This document shows, one piece after another, positions 26,818-40,370 of a stretch of 64,000 nt of DNA. This DNA is from Lytechinus pictus (taxonomy: Eukaryota). The DNA is taken from contig NC_087260.1 in the NCBI RefSeq assembly GCF_037042905.1, positions 24,242,001 to 24,306,000 on the forward strand. Reading direction: 5' to 3'. A program made the translations under genes and the position numbers. The notes beneath the pieces were generated by a model. It did not search any database. It was given only the letters and a program-made list of their open reading frames with translations, and had not been told where the DNA came from. Every line of letters starts with the position of its first letter. Within the stretch, counting starts at the first letter, position 1.

Positions 26818-27998
26818 TTGCTAAGGATACAGTATAAATCAGAGAAATATCTTCGGAAGCTAAAGAACAGAACCTAACAGAACCAAAGCCCAGTATACTT
26901 ATTAGTGCTCGATACTAATAAACCTTTTTCATGTTCAATAGTTAATGTTTTTTTTGCAATAATGAGAAAACCCATGTTATTCAAAGTCATTTGTTTGCAT
27001 TCTGACAATGCCAGAATCGGGGACTAAAGAATTCTAGGCTAATAAAGTCTTGTCAGTAGAAACAACTTTCTGCTCATGACATATAATCTCTTTGAAATTA
27101 TTGTCCATTATGGATCTCGGTTTATATGAAATAGGATAATGATGCATTAGAATGTATTTATTGCATACATCGCTACAAGATCAAAGGCTTTGATTCTATA
27201 CAACTCGACTTTAATTTATCTCTCGATGAAAACGCTATTCAACTAGGCACCATGAGGGGAGGGTAGCCACAATAGAACCCCCACAAAAGAATATTATCTG
27301 TTTGTTTTGTCTGGTCAAACAAAAGGTAATTTATGATGTGCATTAAAAGCTTTGGATTTGAGCTAGATCAAAAACTTTTGTGAGGAGAGATTGTTGTATC
27401 AGAATCGATTCTGAATCCTTTGAATTCCGTACTGACACATCTGACCTTCACTGAGATCTTCACTATGATATAGATGCTCATATATTGTCAAAGTTTAGAC
27501 ATCTGAGCCTAATATTTACTTCACAAACTTTCTTTTCGTAAAAAAAATTGTCTTGGACTAAGGAATCACAGTGTGTTCATACTTCATGCATTTCTTAAAA
27601 CATGTTAAAATGCATTTTGTTTATTTTTTTTCAAATTAAATTCTATTGTTACTACATGTAGTTGCTACCCTCGGAATTGAATGACATTGAATGACATTGA
27701 TGAAGACAAGATGGGTGTGCATTAAGGAAGTATGTGATTTTTAAAATGATATAGGGGTGTTGTCGTACCATGTCGTGTGTTGTGGAGTGATAACTCCATA
27801 TTATGAATAACTTGAAGACGTCATTTTGGTGTTGGTGTTGATTGTATGAATTAGTCTGCCTACCCTTGCGCCAATACATATTCTGTTTATAAAAATAGAA
27901 CAATCAGATTATTAGTAGCTCAACACTATATATGTACATATGCATTTGATTAAACTCATGCTAATCAATCATTATTTCTTTCTCTTTTTTTTCTTCAG

Positions 27999-28157
27999 GT
28001 GATGATTTAAGAGTATGTCCGTCAGGGTACACGTGTTGTACAGTCAATATGGAGAGTGTTCTAACGCAGACAAGTAGCGCAGAATTTGAAAACATCGTTT
28101 ACGACAAGAGCAGTTTACTCAGAGATTATTTCATTAGAAGGACAGAAAGATATGATA
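27999..28157 (+). CDS. GPC4/6: Glypican (GPC1/2/4/6 class) internal exon, equivalent to vertebrate exon 2
   Basis: Polypyrimidine tract and ttcttcag acceptor; gtaagt donor; 159 bp, phase 1-1. Translates (G)DDLRVCPSGYTCCTVNMESVLTQTSSAEFENIVYDKSSLLRDYFIRRTERYD, matching the glypican motif G.HLR.CP..YTCCT..ME. Absent from the ORF track. Confidence 0.95.
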
Positions 28158-30381
28158 GTAAGTACAAAAAGGTTTTTTTCTTACTTTTGATTTTTTTTTA
28201 CATTTTCTGTTAGAGGAGCTCCAAAAAAATAATGCACTTCAGTTATTTTTTATTGAATATGTGACGATATCGCTAAACTGGAATCTAACATACCATTAAA
28301 AAGGAAAAAAAATGTGTTTTTTTCTTTCAGGTTAGCATGAGGACTGCTCTATACTAATCATGCGTTCTTGATGTTCAGTTTATAGGGCTACATGAATAGA
28401 ATTCTCTGATTCCATGATTGTTTTGATATATTCAGGTGTTGGTCCATCATATGCTAGGTTGTACCTACTCAGATTGGTTCCACATAGCGATAGCAATTCT
28501 CTTTCTACCTGGTCACTATTTATTTATTTTTTATATAGCCACATAAAAAAAAACCTCCCCCAAAAAAATAATATTGTAATTTGACAAGTGCATTCAGGGG
28601 TAAATATAGCTTTTCATAGTGTGTGTTCAATGTCTGTTTCCAAATTTAAACGGCAACATGGATCATTATTGAAAACGTGATTACAAAACGTAGATATTAT
28701 GAGAAACAAAGGGTGTCTTCAGTGTCCTCTATTCCCGGTCGTAAAAGTAAACATCTTTCAAATCACGATGCGGAGGAAAATTTAAATGTCGAAAATAAGA
28801 TGCATTTGTAAACACGATCAGCTCAAATTTACAACCTTGAGCATCGCGAATGCGACATGGAACACAATTGCGGTTCGATAAAGGAAACCTTTTCCTAAAA
28901 TACAAAGCAAGAGAAATCTTGGAAATATAGCGGAAACCCTGCATCTCTGGCCTAAGTAACCTTGCAAGGTGGGCAATCAATTGCCTGGTGAACATTCTCT
29001 CTTCCGTACATGACTCCTACATACAGTGGTCGAGGATGTGCATCCTTTTCAAACAAATTATATCATATATTGACCTTTTGCTTTCAATATGACAGTAATC
29101 TTTCAATTTGACTTCCTTCTCTGAGTTTGAGTTTCTCCTTGTTTATAGTACAGTGACCGAAGACAGTCCTGTCGGAGAATCGCTTGATTTGTATTCTCCA
29201 TTTCAAATGGATTAAAGCCATTATTAAAAGGCTTTGCTGGTCCCATGTATAAACAATGATGTTTGTTAAAGTGAATGTTATAGGGTTTCATTGGTCTGTG
29301 TCTCATAATTGTTTGTGTGGATATGTCAAGGCTGTCCCCTGTATGGATATTAGATGTATGATTTAGATGTTGTGATAGGTAATCATTGTTTATAGATTAA
29401 AACGATTTGTGTTGGCAAAACTTGGCAAGTGCCACTGGATTGTTTCAAACAAATTATGGAACGGAGGGTTGGAGATATTATTTAAATTTGGTAGAAACAT
29501 TGTAGGGCGGGGGTAAGGTTTCGGAATTGAAGGGAATGAATTCTAATTCCTATAAGAATTATGAAAAATTATCAGAGTGTGGCAAAAGGAGGGTAGTATA
29601 ATTGTCAATGAAATATAACCAAGAATATTTGAAAAAAAGTAATGATTCCTAAAGATTTCGTTTAAGGGGGGGGGGGGCTTTATTTATTACGGTACATTGT
29701 TTTTCTCTATTGGATGACCTTTTCCTCCAAAGATCTTTGACAGGTGTATCATGATTTCAAAATTTGGACCAAGTGAATAAGTAGCCATATTATTGGTTAC
29801 CCTTTTCTGCCAAAATGACTCCTGGATTGGGTAGGTCCACCAAGTTCAATCTCTCTTCCTCTTTTTGACCACACTCTGTAAATGGACTGCAATCTGGTAA
29901 CTATAGGGATACTGTCCTCTGTCCGTCTCCTGAGTGCCCTTTTTTGATCCAGTTTGGTGTCCAATGCTATCTGACCTAGATGGTCACCTTACCCGGGTCA
30001 GAGTGAAAGAGATCCACATCTTCCTGTGATTTCTTTGAGATGCCTCCATTTTCTCCTCTTCCGCATTTGGATTGGAACTTGAAAGGATAGTGGGACTCTG
30101 AAATGGTGGACCTACTTCATGCAGATCAGGTTACAGGTGTCTTGAGCAGAGGTTTTGTTCCAGGATTCAGAAACATAAATGTCTGATGACACCCCCAACC
30201 GTCCAGAAAAATAATGATTAATCAAAAAATGAAAATTCGATCAGAAAAAAAATAGATTAGAATGAAGTCATTGTTATAATAGATAAATGACTAAATTTTC
30301 TGGAATAATTTAGATTCAAGTCAGAGAGTAATAAAAAGGAAATCTTAGAGGATCATATTCATAGGATAAAGTGAATATGTC

Positions 30382-30524
30382 CTGGGGAGTGTTTTTTGAA
30401 GATTTTTGTGGGTGATTTTCACTGATGGGTGTTATAAGCTACTGAAAATCCTTGCATCTGATTGGCTGAGAGCAAATGAGATAGTGAAAATTACTGACAG
30501 ACCTCTTCATGAAAGGCTCCCCAG
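30382..30524. mobile_element. Short Harbinger-like MITE
   Basis: ctggggag..tgaaga / tcttcatgaaaggctccccag ends; central CTGATTGGCTG; related to 39112-39261. Confidence 0.65.
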
Positions 30525-31208
30525 ATCACTGGCTTCACTGCAACACCCAAGATATCTCTTTTGTGATTTTTAAAAACTCTTTTGAGGAATTGCAGTCCAC
30601 GTGAAGCATGATATTGGTTTTGGTTTGGACTTTGTGGCTGAAGAAAGACAGATAATTTCTCAACACTGACAATAGAAAGGGAAAATAAACTGGAAATGGA
30701 ATCATGGTTTGGAAGAGCATTGCCCTTTGACCTTGGCTGGTTGCAATAATCATCAAATAACCTTACATTGATCAGTTTGACATCTGAACGTTTCCTGGAT
30801 AGGAGCCATGTTCATACTCCAATTTGATGGGTATCAGATGAAATTCTTTTTTTAAAGTGAACTTTCATTCATTTAGCATACAACAGAGATAATGGGTTCA
30901 ATACAGTCTTTGACTTAACAGAAGTAGCAAAGAAATATATTTTAGGGATATATGCAAACAAAATTTTCCTGTTAGTTTATAATTGTATTATTTGAGAATA
31001 TGGCTCTTTTGAACTGAGCTTCACCCCTTACTTTGGCCTTGAGATTGGAGAGAGGGGGGGGGGGGGTAGGGGCACTTGATCCCCAAAAGTTCCATGACCA
31101 AGAAAATAAAAGAAAAAGTAGAAAAGGAAAGAGAAAGAAAATGAAAATTTTCATGTTAATTTATTATGATATTTTTTTTATTTTATGTAAAAATTTATCC
31201 AAGCTTAA

Positions 31209-31788
31209 AGGAGAATGAAACCCTTGAAACCAGCTGAATCCATATCAAAGAGAAAAATCAAAGAAACATATTGTTGAAAGTTTGAAGATTGAATGAATAA
31301 TAAGAAAGTTATAAGCATTTGAATATTGAGATCACTAATGCCATGTAGATCCTCCTATTGGCAATGCGACCAAGATCTGTGATGTCACACACGTACAACT
31401 CCCTCATTACTTTAGTACTTTTTTCACTTATATTCTCACTTTTATAGAGTCTATCACAAGGTGAGGTGTTCTCTTTATGAGAGGACAAGTACAGAGGTTT
31501 CACAACATTATATCATTGATGAATCGTTTGTCATATGATTAGAATGAGCAAAAAGAGATGTTTTGGGGTATATTTTCAGTGTCCAAAAGGGGAGAGTTGT
31601 TCATCAGTGACATCATAGATCTTGGTCGCATTGCCAATGGGAGGATCTCCATAGCATTAGTGATCTCGACATTCAAATGCTCATAACTCTTCTATTGCTA
31701 GTCCTATTTTACTCAAACTTTTGTTGATCTTATTTTTTATTTTTCTGCTTTCACAAAAGCTAACTTGCTCCAAGAGTTTCATTCTCCT
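31209..31788. mobile_element. Kolobok-like MITE, family B
   Basis: TTAA on both sides; TIR aggagaatgaaac / gtttcattctcct; internal inverted arms; homologue at 49239. Confidence 0.88.
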
Positions 31789-32747
31789 TTAAATTTTCAT
31801 TTTTGATAGTCAAAATGGTTACTTGCTCAAACTTTCAAGAAAATGAATTTCTCCCCTATGCCATGTTTTGCACTTTAAACATTCTGGCTCATTATACATC
31901 TGACTCTATACACACATTATGTATCATTACAATTAACTAAATGGGAACAGATATTACAAAAGGAAAGGATTTTATGGGAATATCATTATCATTCCTATAT
32001 ATCAGGTTAGGGATTGATACTATTATAATGATAACGATGACCTGTAGAGATAGCACTATATTAATGGGTATTATGATTATAAAGAATGATTTAGTGTATT
32101 TAAAATCCTCTCAGGCAATTTGTTTATGAGGGCGATGAGTAGGGGTGCGACTGAGTTCTTTTTATTATGTGTTTTGGGGATGATGGATGGTGTGAAGAAA
32201 AAGGTGTGAAGTTCAGTGATATTTTTTTTGAAATGTAGAGTGAAATGGGCTTTACACTGTTAACTGATGTCTTTTGTACACTGTAACAGCTAAAGGGGCA
32301 CAATAAATTCATAAATCTCTTATTATTATGGGATGTAAGTTTGGCAATCTTCTACCATCAGAAATGTGATACATTTGAAAAAAAGTTAGAGAAAGCAATA
32401 AGATAAAGAAGTATCGTTGATATTATATAGTTTTATTTGCTGTCGCTTTGTTACCACTGCTCTCAATGGTATCAGAAATGCAGGGGAAAGGGAAGGGGAA
32501 ACTAACATTTTTACAGTACGCTGTGCAATGAATATGGTTTGGTAAGACTGTTGTATACTGCCACGTATCCAAGGAGAGGCACAAAGGGTACATGTTTCCC
32601 CCTTTCTGATCTAAATTCGTACGCAATAGCTACCCCATCCCTCTTGGGCCCCCTTTATGAGGCGAGGTTGAAAATGGAGGATCCCTTTGGGAAGTGAAGA
32701 CTTTTTTTATTGTGCATTTGTTTTGTTGCTAATCAAAACATTATGTC

Positions 32748-32812
32748 TGTACCTTGGCCCAAACTTCAAAAATGCTGATTTGTACCTTGGCCCAAACTGC
32801 AAAACTGCTGAT
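32748..32812 (+). repeat. 33-bp tandem duplication
   Basis: tgtaccttggcccaaact(t/g)caaaa(a/c)tgctgat twice. Confidence 0.85.
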
Positions 32813-34112
32813 CTGCCACCAGTTGTACATAATTATGTTCATTGTTTTCAAGTCAAAGCTAGAAAGACATTAGTGGTGCATTAAACTGTGATTGAATGCC
32901 TATATGACTATGAATAGATGACCTCATTTGACCCAATGATTTCCTTTGATAGATGAATGAGTTGTTGTCATGTCTTGTATTAGTCCCGCGTGTGCATTAG
33001 ACTGTCATGTAGGTCTAAACATGATCACAACCATTAATCTATGATGCAGAACTCTGTGGACCTTTAACTTGCCTCTGAGAGGCAATTGAAATACCATCAC
33101 ATCCACCTCTATTTATACCCATTTATCGCTTCCCTCCCTAAATGGTTTGGGTCCTGAACAAAAAAGTGGGTTTTTCTGACAATGGGCATTTATTGTCGGG
33201 GCCTTGCGCGGCCTGACTTGGAGGAAACTCTAAAGCTTAGGATCGCACACAAAGGTTCTGAGTCGTCAATCGATCAAGTTGACAGTCGGAGGGCTTTGTC
33301 GCTGATTGTTGAACGTCATTGTTGCCCGTGCGTGAAAGGAATGCATCGCATGCACGAACGATCAAATAATTTTCAGCGATAACAATTTCAATTTAAGAGT
33401 TCAAGTGAAATGGGGAATAAAAGGAGGAGGGGGAGAGAATACCTTTCATCATTTTGTTCCTTTCTGCCTTTTTTCCCTCCTGTGCACAACGGAAAGACCT
33501 CATGCCGAAAATGTCCCGTGGCATGGAACTCTTTCTTTAGATATCAAAATAAAAAATGTTGGTAGATTCTTGTGTTGCAGTGCGATACACCGGTATGGCG
33601 ATGGGAGTTTTAGAGGAGTGCATGTATTATGTGGTTTGTTTTGGAGGGTACCCAAGTCCAAGCCTAGAGGTAATATCTTGTGGCTTTGTCATGGTTTGAA
33701 ATGGTCCCAGAAGGTGCATTCAGACCACCCTCATCAGGAAAAATTTATCTGGATTTCATAACTGAGTTATTCACTCCGATCCCGTAATGCAAGGTAGCAG
33801 GCAAAATAATTCATTCATTTTTCAGGGGCTACTTTTCATAACCTACTGCTGCCACATTCGATAGCCTTTAACATTGCTAGCGATATTCTGGGGTTCTTTT
33901 GAGCATTTCAGGGGCAAAATTGCTTGATTCCCTTTGTTATATTTTCCCTGCCAGGTAGTGGCCTACTCTCGTAGTGTGAAGGCAAAGTACTCACAGAGTC
34001 ACAGTGTCCGGGAAGAAAATTCTCAAAAATTAGTTGTTACTTTAAAAAATTATAAGAACATTTTTTTGAGAGAGAGGGAAAGGGGGGGGGGGGCGCTGGT
34101 GCAGGCTCACAT

Positions 34113-34320
34113 GGATGTGTTGGGATCTAGTGGTTTAGTCTCCAGACAATAGATCACAAGGTTCGGGGTTCAATTTCCACCTCAGCACTAACATTTTTGG
34201 CAAGGCATAATCTGCATTTGCCTCACTTGACCCAGGTAAGGTACCTGGCAGGAATTTATTCCTTGATACTAGTATGCTAAAGGGCTTTTACCTTGAAGCC
34301 ATGTCAGAGCTGGGAAAAAA
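34113..34320 (+). mobile_element. Degenerate tRNA-derived SINE interrupted by a MITE
   Basis: A-box-like gatctagtgg, B-box-like ggttcaatttcc (34167-34178), body ggcaaggca...cacttgacccaggt..ggtacc; a tail-like sequence resumes after 34903. Confidence 0.55.
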
Positions 34321-34903
34321 CCCGGGGGGGGGGGGGGGCAGTCAAATGTATTACTGTACACACGCATGGCCAAATTATTTCCAAACACCCCCTAAATGAG
34401 TTTTTCTTTGTGCAAAATTACCCCCTAAACAAGTTTTTCGCGAGCTTCATTAACACATTTTGGCCCCTTAACAAGTTGTCGCCAGAATATGACCCCTAAA
34501 CAAGTTTTGTCTTCTTGCTAACAATATATTTAATATAGACTAAACTATATTCATGGGTATTGCATACCCCCAGTGCAGTTAGGGTTAAAATACCACAATC
34601 AGGAAGAACCTGAACACTTTTCAGAAACGAGGAGGAAAAAGCCCCGGGGAAAAAGCTTGGGAAAAAACATACCCTAAACACGTTTGGCTTGTCTTAGAAA
34701 AAAAAAATACCCTAAATATGTTTGACTCTACGATTGACCAGTCTTTCAAAACCACCCTTATTTTTTAAAATAGGTGTTTTTGATACCCTTAACGATTGCA
34801 CGCACGGCCCGCATCCAAAACTGAAAAAAACACCCCTTTAAACACGTTTTTTTTGGTCACGTGTGTGTACAGCAATATATTTGACTGCCCCCCCCCCCTG
34901 GGG
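34321..34903. mobile_element. MITE with CCCGGGGG termini (EnSpm/CACTA-like)
   Basis: ~50-bp imperfect TIR ccc(g)n-cagtcaaat.tatt.ctgtacacac; internal repeated accc(c)taaa motifs; inserted in an A-run so TSD length is ambiguous. Confidence 0.8.
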
Positions 34904-37384
34904 AAAAAACTATGTGGTGCTTAGAAAGAAACGCTAAAAAAAAAATACTAATTCTGTATATCCCCATTGATGTAATTATACATGTAGAACCACAAGAACC
35001 TGTGGGTGCATTTGCACAAAATGAGAATTGGGTAATTTGAGGCCAGCTAACAAGGTCTTGTAATTCACTTTGTCTGATTGGGGCGGTATGAATACCTCTA
35101 TTAACTCTGCACTCTCTGCTCCTAATGAACTTGACATCCTTTGTAAACTACAAATTACCTTCCATAGTTCGTCCAACTCGTCAGTTTTTCACCGGCCCTT
35201 TTCTTTACCCTCTATTCATCTTTATAATCGCAGAAAGTCAGGAACAGGTCTTTGGCTTTTTGAAAGGAATCTTTCATAGATATTTTATGCCTTCCTGTTG
35301 ATGAAGGGTTCACATCAATCATCAGCAATGATCTCCCATTCTTATTGATTTTTATGTTGCAAAGAGATTAATGATTTTTGTAATAGAGAAAAACACACCC
35401 TAAGACAAGCAAAGCAGTGAATACACCAAAGTACATGCAGGACTGCATAACTTGTTTAGGTCTATTTGTGTATTAAAGTTTACCTACATTGTTGGAAAGT
35501 TTAGTAATTTGTAGGAGACCAAATTTACCAAGATTGCTAACATAAAACTTTTTGTCCACCGAGCCCCCTCCCCTCCCACATTGCCACTCCTCTGACAACA
35601 TCAAGGACTCACCAACTTAACATGAGCCTGCATTGTACTTCAAGGCGCTTTACCCCATTTTCCAGAATTGGCGAGTGTAACTGCTGGTCACGGATATTCC
35701 CTTGAAATTGACAATTTGTCATCAAAATAATGTTTTCAATATCTTTCTGATTTAACTTCTGTTTACATTGGCTACATCTATCGTAATAAAAAAAAAATCT
35801 CTGATTTCATGGAAAATTCTCCCCAAAGTTGGCAGCGCAGCTTGTTTGCGGCCTAGTTGATCCTGCATCTGACCGTATTCAAAAGCAAATCCTTTTGTAT
35901 GTAGTCCCATATGTTGCTTTCTGCATGGGTTTGCTTTTAGCTACATGTATTGGGATACTACATGTACATGCAGACTTAACTAAAGACATTGATCCCTTTG
36001 TACTTCAGAAGTGTGAAGTTTGACACAGTGATGATGACATTTACAATTGCTTTTTGATACCCTATCTTTATTTGAGTACTTTTATCTCGACTTAATTGAG
36101 CTAATATGTGTTTTATTTATGATATAGTGTTTGCATGATGGTGATTATGTCATTTTATAGGAATAAAATGCAATGCAAAATGAGATTGACCTTTGCTAAG
36201 TAAAATAGAGCATTAATGAAATGTATTTGGGGAAAAGGTCACTGGTATCAGAAAAGAAAAACATCCAGTAATTATCATTTTGTCAGACTGTTTTTGTGTT
36301 CAATTGCCAATTTGATAAAGAACTATGAAGCAAATCAGTAGTGATTTGAGGAGGATATTCCATGGAATTATACCAAACTCCACCTGGGAATCTGCGGACC
36401 CTGTAGGGGGTCACATGACTGACACCTGGATTTGTTATTTCAGCCATTTTTGTACCCATCATGCACGGTAGGATTCTAACGAGAGTCACATGATCTTTAT
36501 CAGACAACATTATTCCCTCCATTGGAGTGTATAATGTCAGTGTGAGAAAAAATGTTCTTGAAGAGAGAATGTTATTGAAGGTAGAATTCAGTAGCCCCCC
36601 TTAAAATGATATTGTGGGGTATGGATACCCATAATCAACCAATTAAACAGATAAAAATAAAGAAATAAAATAAATCATAAAATTAAAAACTGAAAAAGTA
36701 ATAAATAAAATAAAAAGTAATAATAAAATTTTATTTGAAAATGATGCTCAAATGTATAGATATTTCAAATAATAAAGCTGTTTATCTTTTTTTTACTGAT
36801 TAGGTATATATATCTGACTTTAATCTTAACTCAATGATTAATTTGGACAGTAAATGAAAAGATTGATCCTAAAAAAAGTCAAATGGAGCACTTGAAGAAC
36901 AGAAGTGATAAACTAAGAAAGATTTTTCTCTTATAATTATTTGTCCCTGAAATAAATTTCTGCATATTGTTTGAATTGATTTCAGATTTTTTTCCTTTAA
37001 ATTGATTTATATATTTCTGTTTCTTCCTACAAATAATAAGTGATATTCTCAATACTCGATAGATGTAGGTTACTCTAGTGCTTAATTTGCCAGACACAAT
37101 ATCACCCCTAAAATCACCCCCATCTCCATCCATATTCTCAGCATTTCCAAAACTGGAGCAAAGTTTCGATACATTCCCCAAATATGCGCTGCAGTTGTGC
37201 ACACACGGTCTGGATGCCTGCCGCTTATTGCATTTAAAAAACATGAGCAGTATAGAGTTACAGTGCATTGGACCTTTGGATGGCAGGAAAACAGTCCCCT
37301 ACGGTGGCCTTGAATTTCACATAGAAGGAAAATAATTCTCAGGCCAAACAAACTTCTATCTCATCCTCGTATACTTTTCCCTTT

Positions 37385-37771
37385 GGGCGATTCCATGCGT
37401 GTCGTACGGGACATTTTTACAACAATTTCAAGTTTCCTAGCCATATGCTTGAGCAATAAAATATTCTTTTTTGTCAATGATAAAGCTATAGTAGGTAGTC
37501 ATGTGAAAAACTAATAACCAACACAAAAAAATAGATTATGGGTGAAGATGTTGTGTGTCGTACAGGACGCAGAAATGTCCCGTACGACACGCAACAATTT
37601 AAGCTCTAATTCACCTATGGACAACATATTTTTGTTGGTTGTCAGTTTTTTGCATGTCTACCCAGTAGTACTTTAATATTACCACAAAGCAAATTGAAGT
37701 TCTTCGTTCGTTTGGACAGCAGGTTGAAAAATGTTGTGAAAATGGCTGATTTTTCTAGCATGGAATCGCCC
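37385..37771. mobile_element. MITE with 14-bp TIR and 3-bp TSD (Harbinger/Zator-like)
   Basis: gggcgattccatgc / gcatggaatcgccc with ttt on both sides; internal IR tgcgtgtcgtacgggacattt / aaatgtcccgtacgacacgca. Confidence 0.85.
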
Positions 37772-39111
37772 TTTACATGTTGCAAATGGTCTGATCAAGG
37801 AGACTACTGCCCATAGGCCTTGTACTGTAGCTGATCAAGAAATATCCAGAACCTGTGAGAGTTAGGTTTATCTCAATACTTTATGAATTGTAACATTTCT
37901 TTGATTTGATATGATTTTATTCGTTGAAATGCTTGTGTGTTAGAATGACAGCTGGGCTAAATAGAGACAGGGTAATCATGACTGTTCAAATTCAATTTTA
38001 CTTTATTCACATCAATGAAAACTAAGAATATACAGGTCTGCGTAATCTTAAAACTTTTACACCAAGTTATATAAGATGTTTTGAACAAAAATATTATATA
38101 TGAAGGAAATGATTTCAGTGTCATGCAAAGTACTCTGTAGAGTGGAAATGTGCACTTGATAATTTATTTGATCATTTATTTCTTAGGGCCTATTTCAAAG
38201 AAAAGTGGGTAAAAGTTTGACAAGACTTGTTGTTCCCTGTTGGCATTTTCATTAATCATCTTACTACAAGGCAAACTATGACTCACACAAGCTACTTTGT
38301 ATTTCAGCCCCAATTTTATACAATTTCCTGTTCCAATTTATAATTTTTCCATATTCATGGAGCGGTTTTATTAATCCTTTCTGCATATGATTTAACTGAT
38401 GGTTTTGGTTTGTGTATTGATTTCCAGTGGTGTACCATATAAAATATGAGAAACTGCTACCTTTATTTTACCTTTTGAAGTTCAGCTAATAATGCCTTCT
38501 TTTGAAAGTTAATTCATTGCACAACTCAGCAAATGTCTGAATTTAGATTTTGATACTGGCATGCATCGATATATGTGGATCATTTGATGACATATACAGG
38601 TGTTCAATAATTATATTTTTCCACTAATTCTATCTGGATGCTGGGATAAGATTTGCTGTTAAAAAATAGAATAGGGTCATATAAATCTTTATTTCCACTG
38701 TAGCCCAAGCTGCTGTGTACAAAGGTGTTATCAGTAAATGGAAGGATTAGATATTTATTGCTTTAATCCAGATTAGATTGAGGGTATATTTCTGTCCTAC
38801 ATGAGATTGTATAGGTACCTAATCAGTGATATCAATTAGCCTTGTTCACGTGAGACTCCATAGGCTTAACTTTAACTCTGTATGACCTCAATAAGCAACG
38901 TGATGGGAGTCTCGGACAGTGACAGTTTGTGAATGCATATTAAGTGAAAACGTTGAATACAACATCAAAGCTCTTCAGAATATTTTCCACCGTTAGCATG
39001 TATCCTTTGCAGTAGGAGATTATTTCAAAAAGCTTGTGTTATAATCCATTTCTTACTTCAAGACTGGTAATATCTGAACATGACAGTTGAGGATCCCGTT
39101 CCATCACTAAA

Positions 39112-39261
39112 AGGCCCCGTAGTAACAAAGTTATCAATGGCAAATTTCACTCTTAGGCCTATGTTACATGCTACAGATATCCTGTGATTTGATTGGTCAA
39201 GAGTAAATTTGTACTTGATTTGTATCACTTGGTATTGATAGCAAGCTTCATGAAACAGGGC
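39112..39261. mobile_element. Degenerate Harbinger-like MITE
   Basis: Aligns with 30382-30524 (tttcact..tgtta..gctac..atcc..tgattgg...aga.aaat) and ends cttcatgaaacagggc. Confidence 0.55.
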
Positions 39262-39467
39262 ATATCTGTATGGCTATACCTGATAACTACTATCAACAAA
39301 GCCTTCCTGTTCTGAGGTATGTTATGCAAATGTTGGCTGAGCTATCCTAACAACTAGATAAGTATTAACAAAACATAGCACTATGTTCAAAGGAAGCTTC
39401 GCTATATACTGTGAAATACTGTACAACATTCAGATATAAAGGCATATTTACCAACCTTCTACAGATA

Positions 39468-39578
39468 GTCTTTCGGAGGAGACTCTAAGCCGTCGGTCCC
39501 GTGTAAGGGAGAGTCACACCATTTGCACGTTAAAAAACCTACTCCTCTTTTCGTAAAGAGTAGGGAAGTTATCCCGGG
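39468..39578 (+). mobile_element. Deu/Nin-domain SINE core fragment
   Basis: gtctttcggaggagactctaagccg..ggtcccgt...cacgttaaaaaacc...cttttcgtaaagagtagggaagttatcccgg resembles the recalled AmnSINE1/SINE3 Deu-domain consensus. Confidence 0.65.
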
Positions 39579-40298
39579 GAAGTAGTTAACATATTAATTT
39601 ATTACTGATAATCACTTATTTATAATCCTGTTCCTTTGTAAAGTTGCATTAGGGTAATTTGTACTGTATTATAGTAACCTTTCCAGATTAACTGTCCGAC
39701 ACTTATATGACACGCATGTGTTGATAGTGTCGTTAATTTTTTATCAATCAATCTACAGATAATAGAAAACACCCTGTTCCTAAATTTGGGCAACTTGCAC
39801 AATCCACATGAAGATGGTAGACATAACTTCTGAAGGTTTCCATGGCGAAGAAGAATAGTGTAGTAGGTTTCGTGGTACATCATGTATCTTTCTTGGGCAA
39901 GTGTTGGTCCTGAAAAGGACCACCCAAACTCAACATTTTTGTAAAAGCAGGTCGTAGACCCTTAAAAACCAAAATATTTGCAAGCAATTCCCAGGTTTTG
40001 ATAGAGTTTTTCAAATACTTATGGGGTTATAGATGTTGTATACTTGTATTATATGAACGCACCACATACTCTGTGAGTGCCAAAGGTAAAAGTGAATGTT
40101 TAATTAAAATAATAAAAAATGATAGTATACATTTCTTGGTAACATATGAAGAAATGTTTCCTGTGAAAAAATCCAAAACAAGAGAATTTACATGTCTGAA
40201 TTTTGGGATATTGCTTATAAGGAAACATTCATAATCGCAAATTGTGTCTTCTATTTGTCAGATTTCTTTAATGCTGAAGATGTTTTGTAATAATAATA

Positions 40299-40370
40299 AC
40301 AACGCGCCTCGGAATAGAATATTTCTAGATAGATGGCGCTATATAAATGCCTATTATTATTATTATTATT
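40299..40370 (+). mobile_element. SINE/LINE 3' tail remnant
   Basis: gcgcctcgga...atggcgctatataaatgcc followed by (tat)n. Confidence 0.55.
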
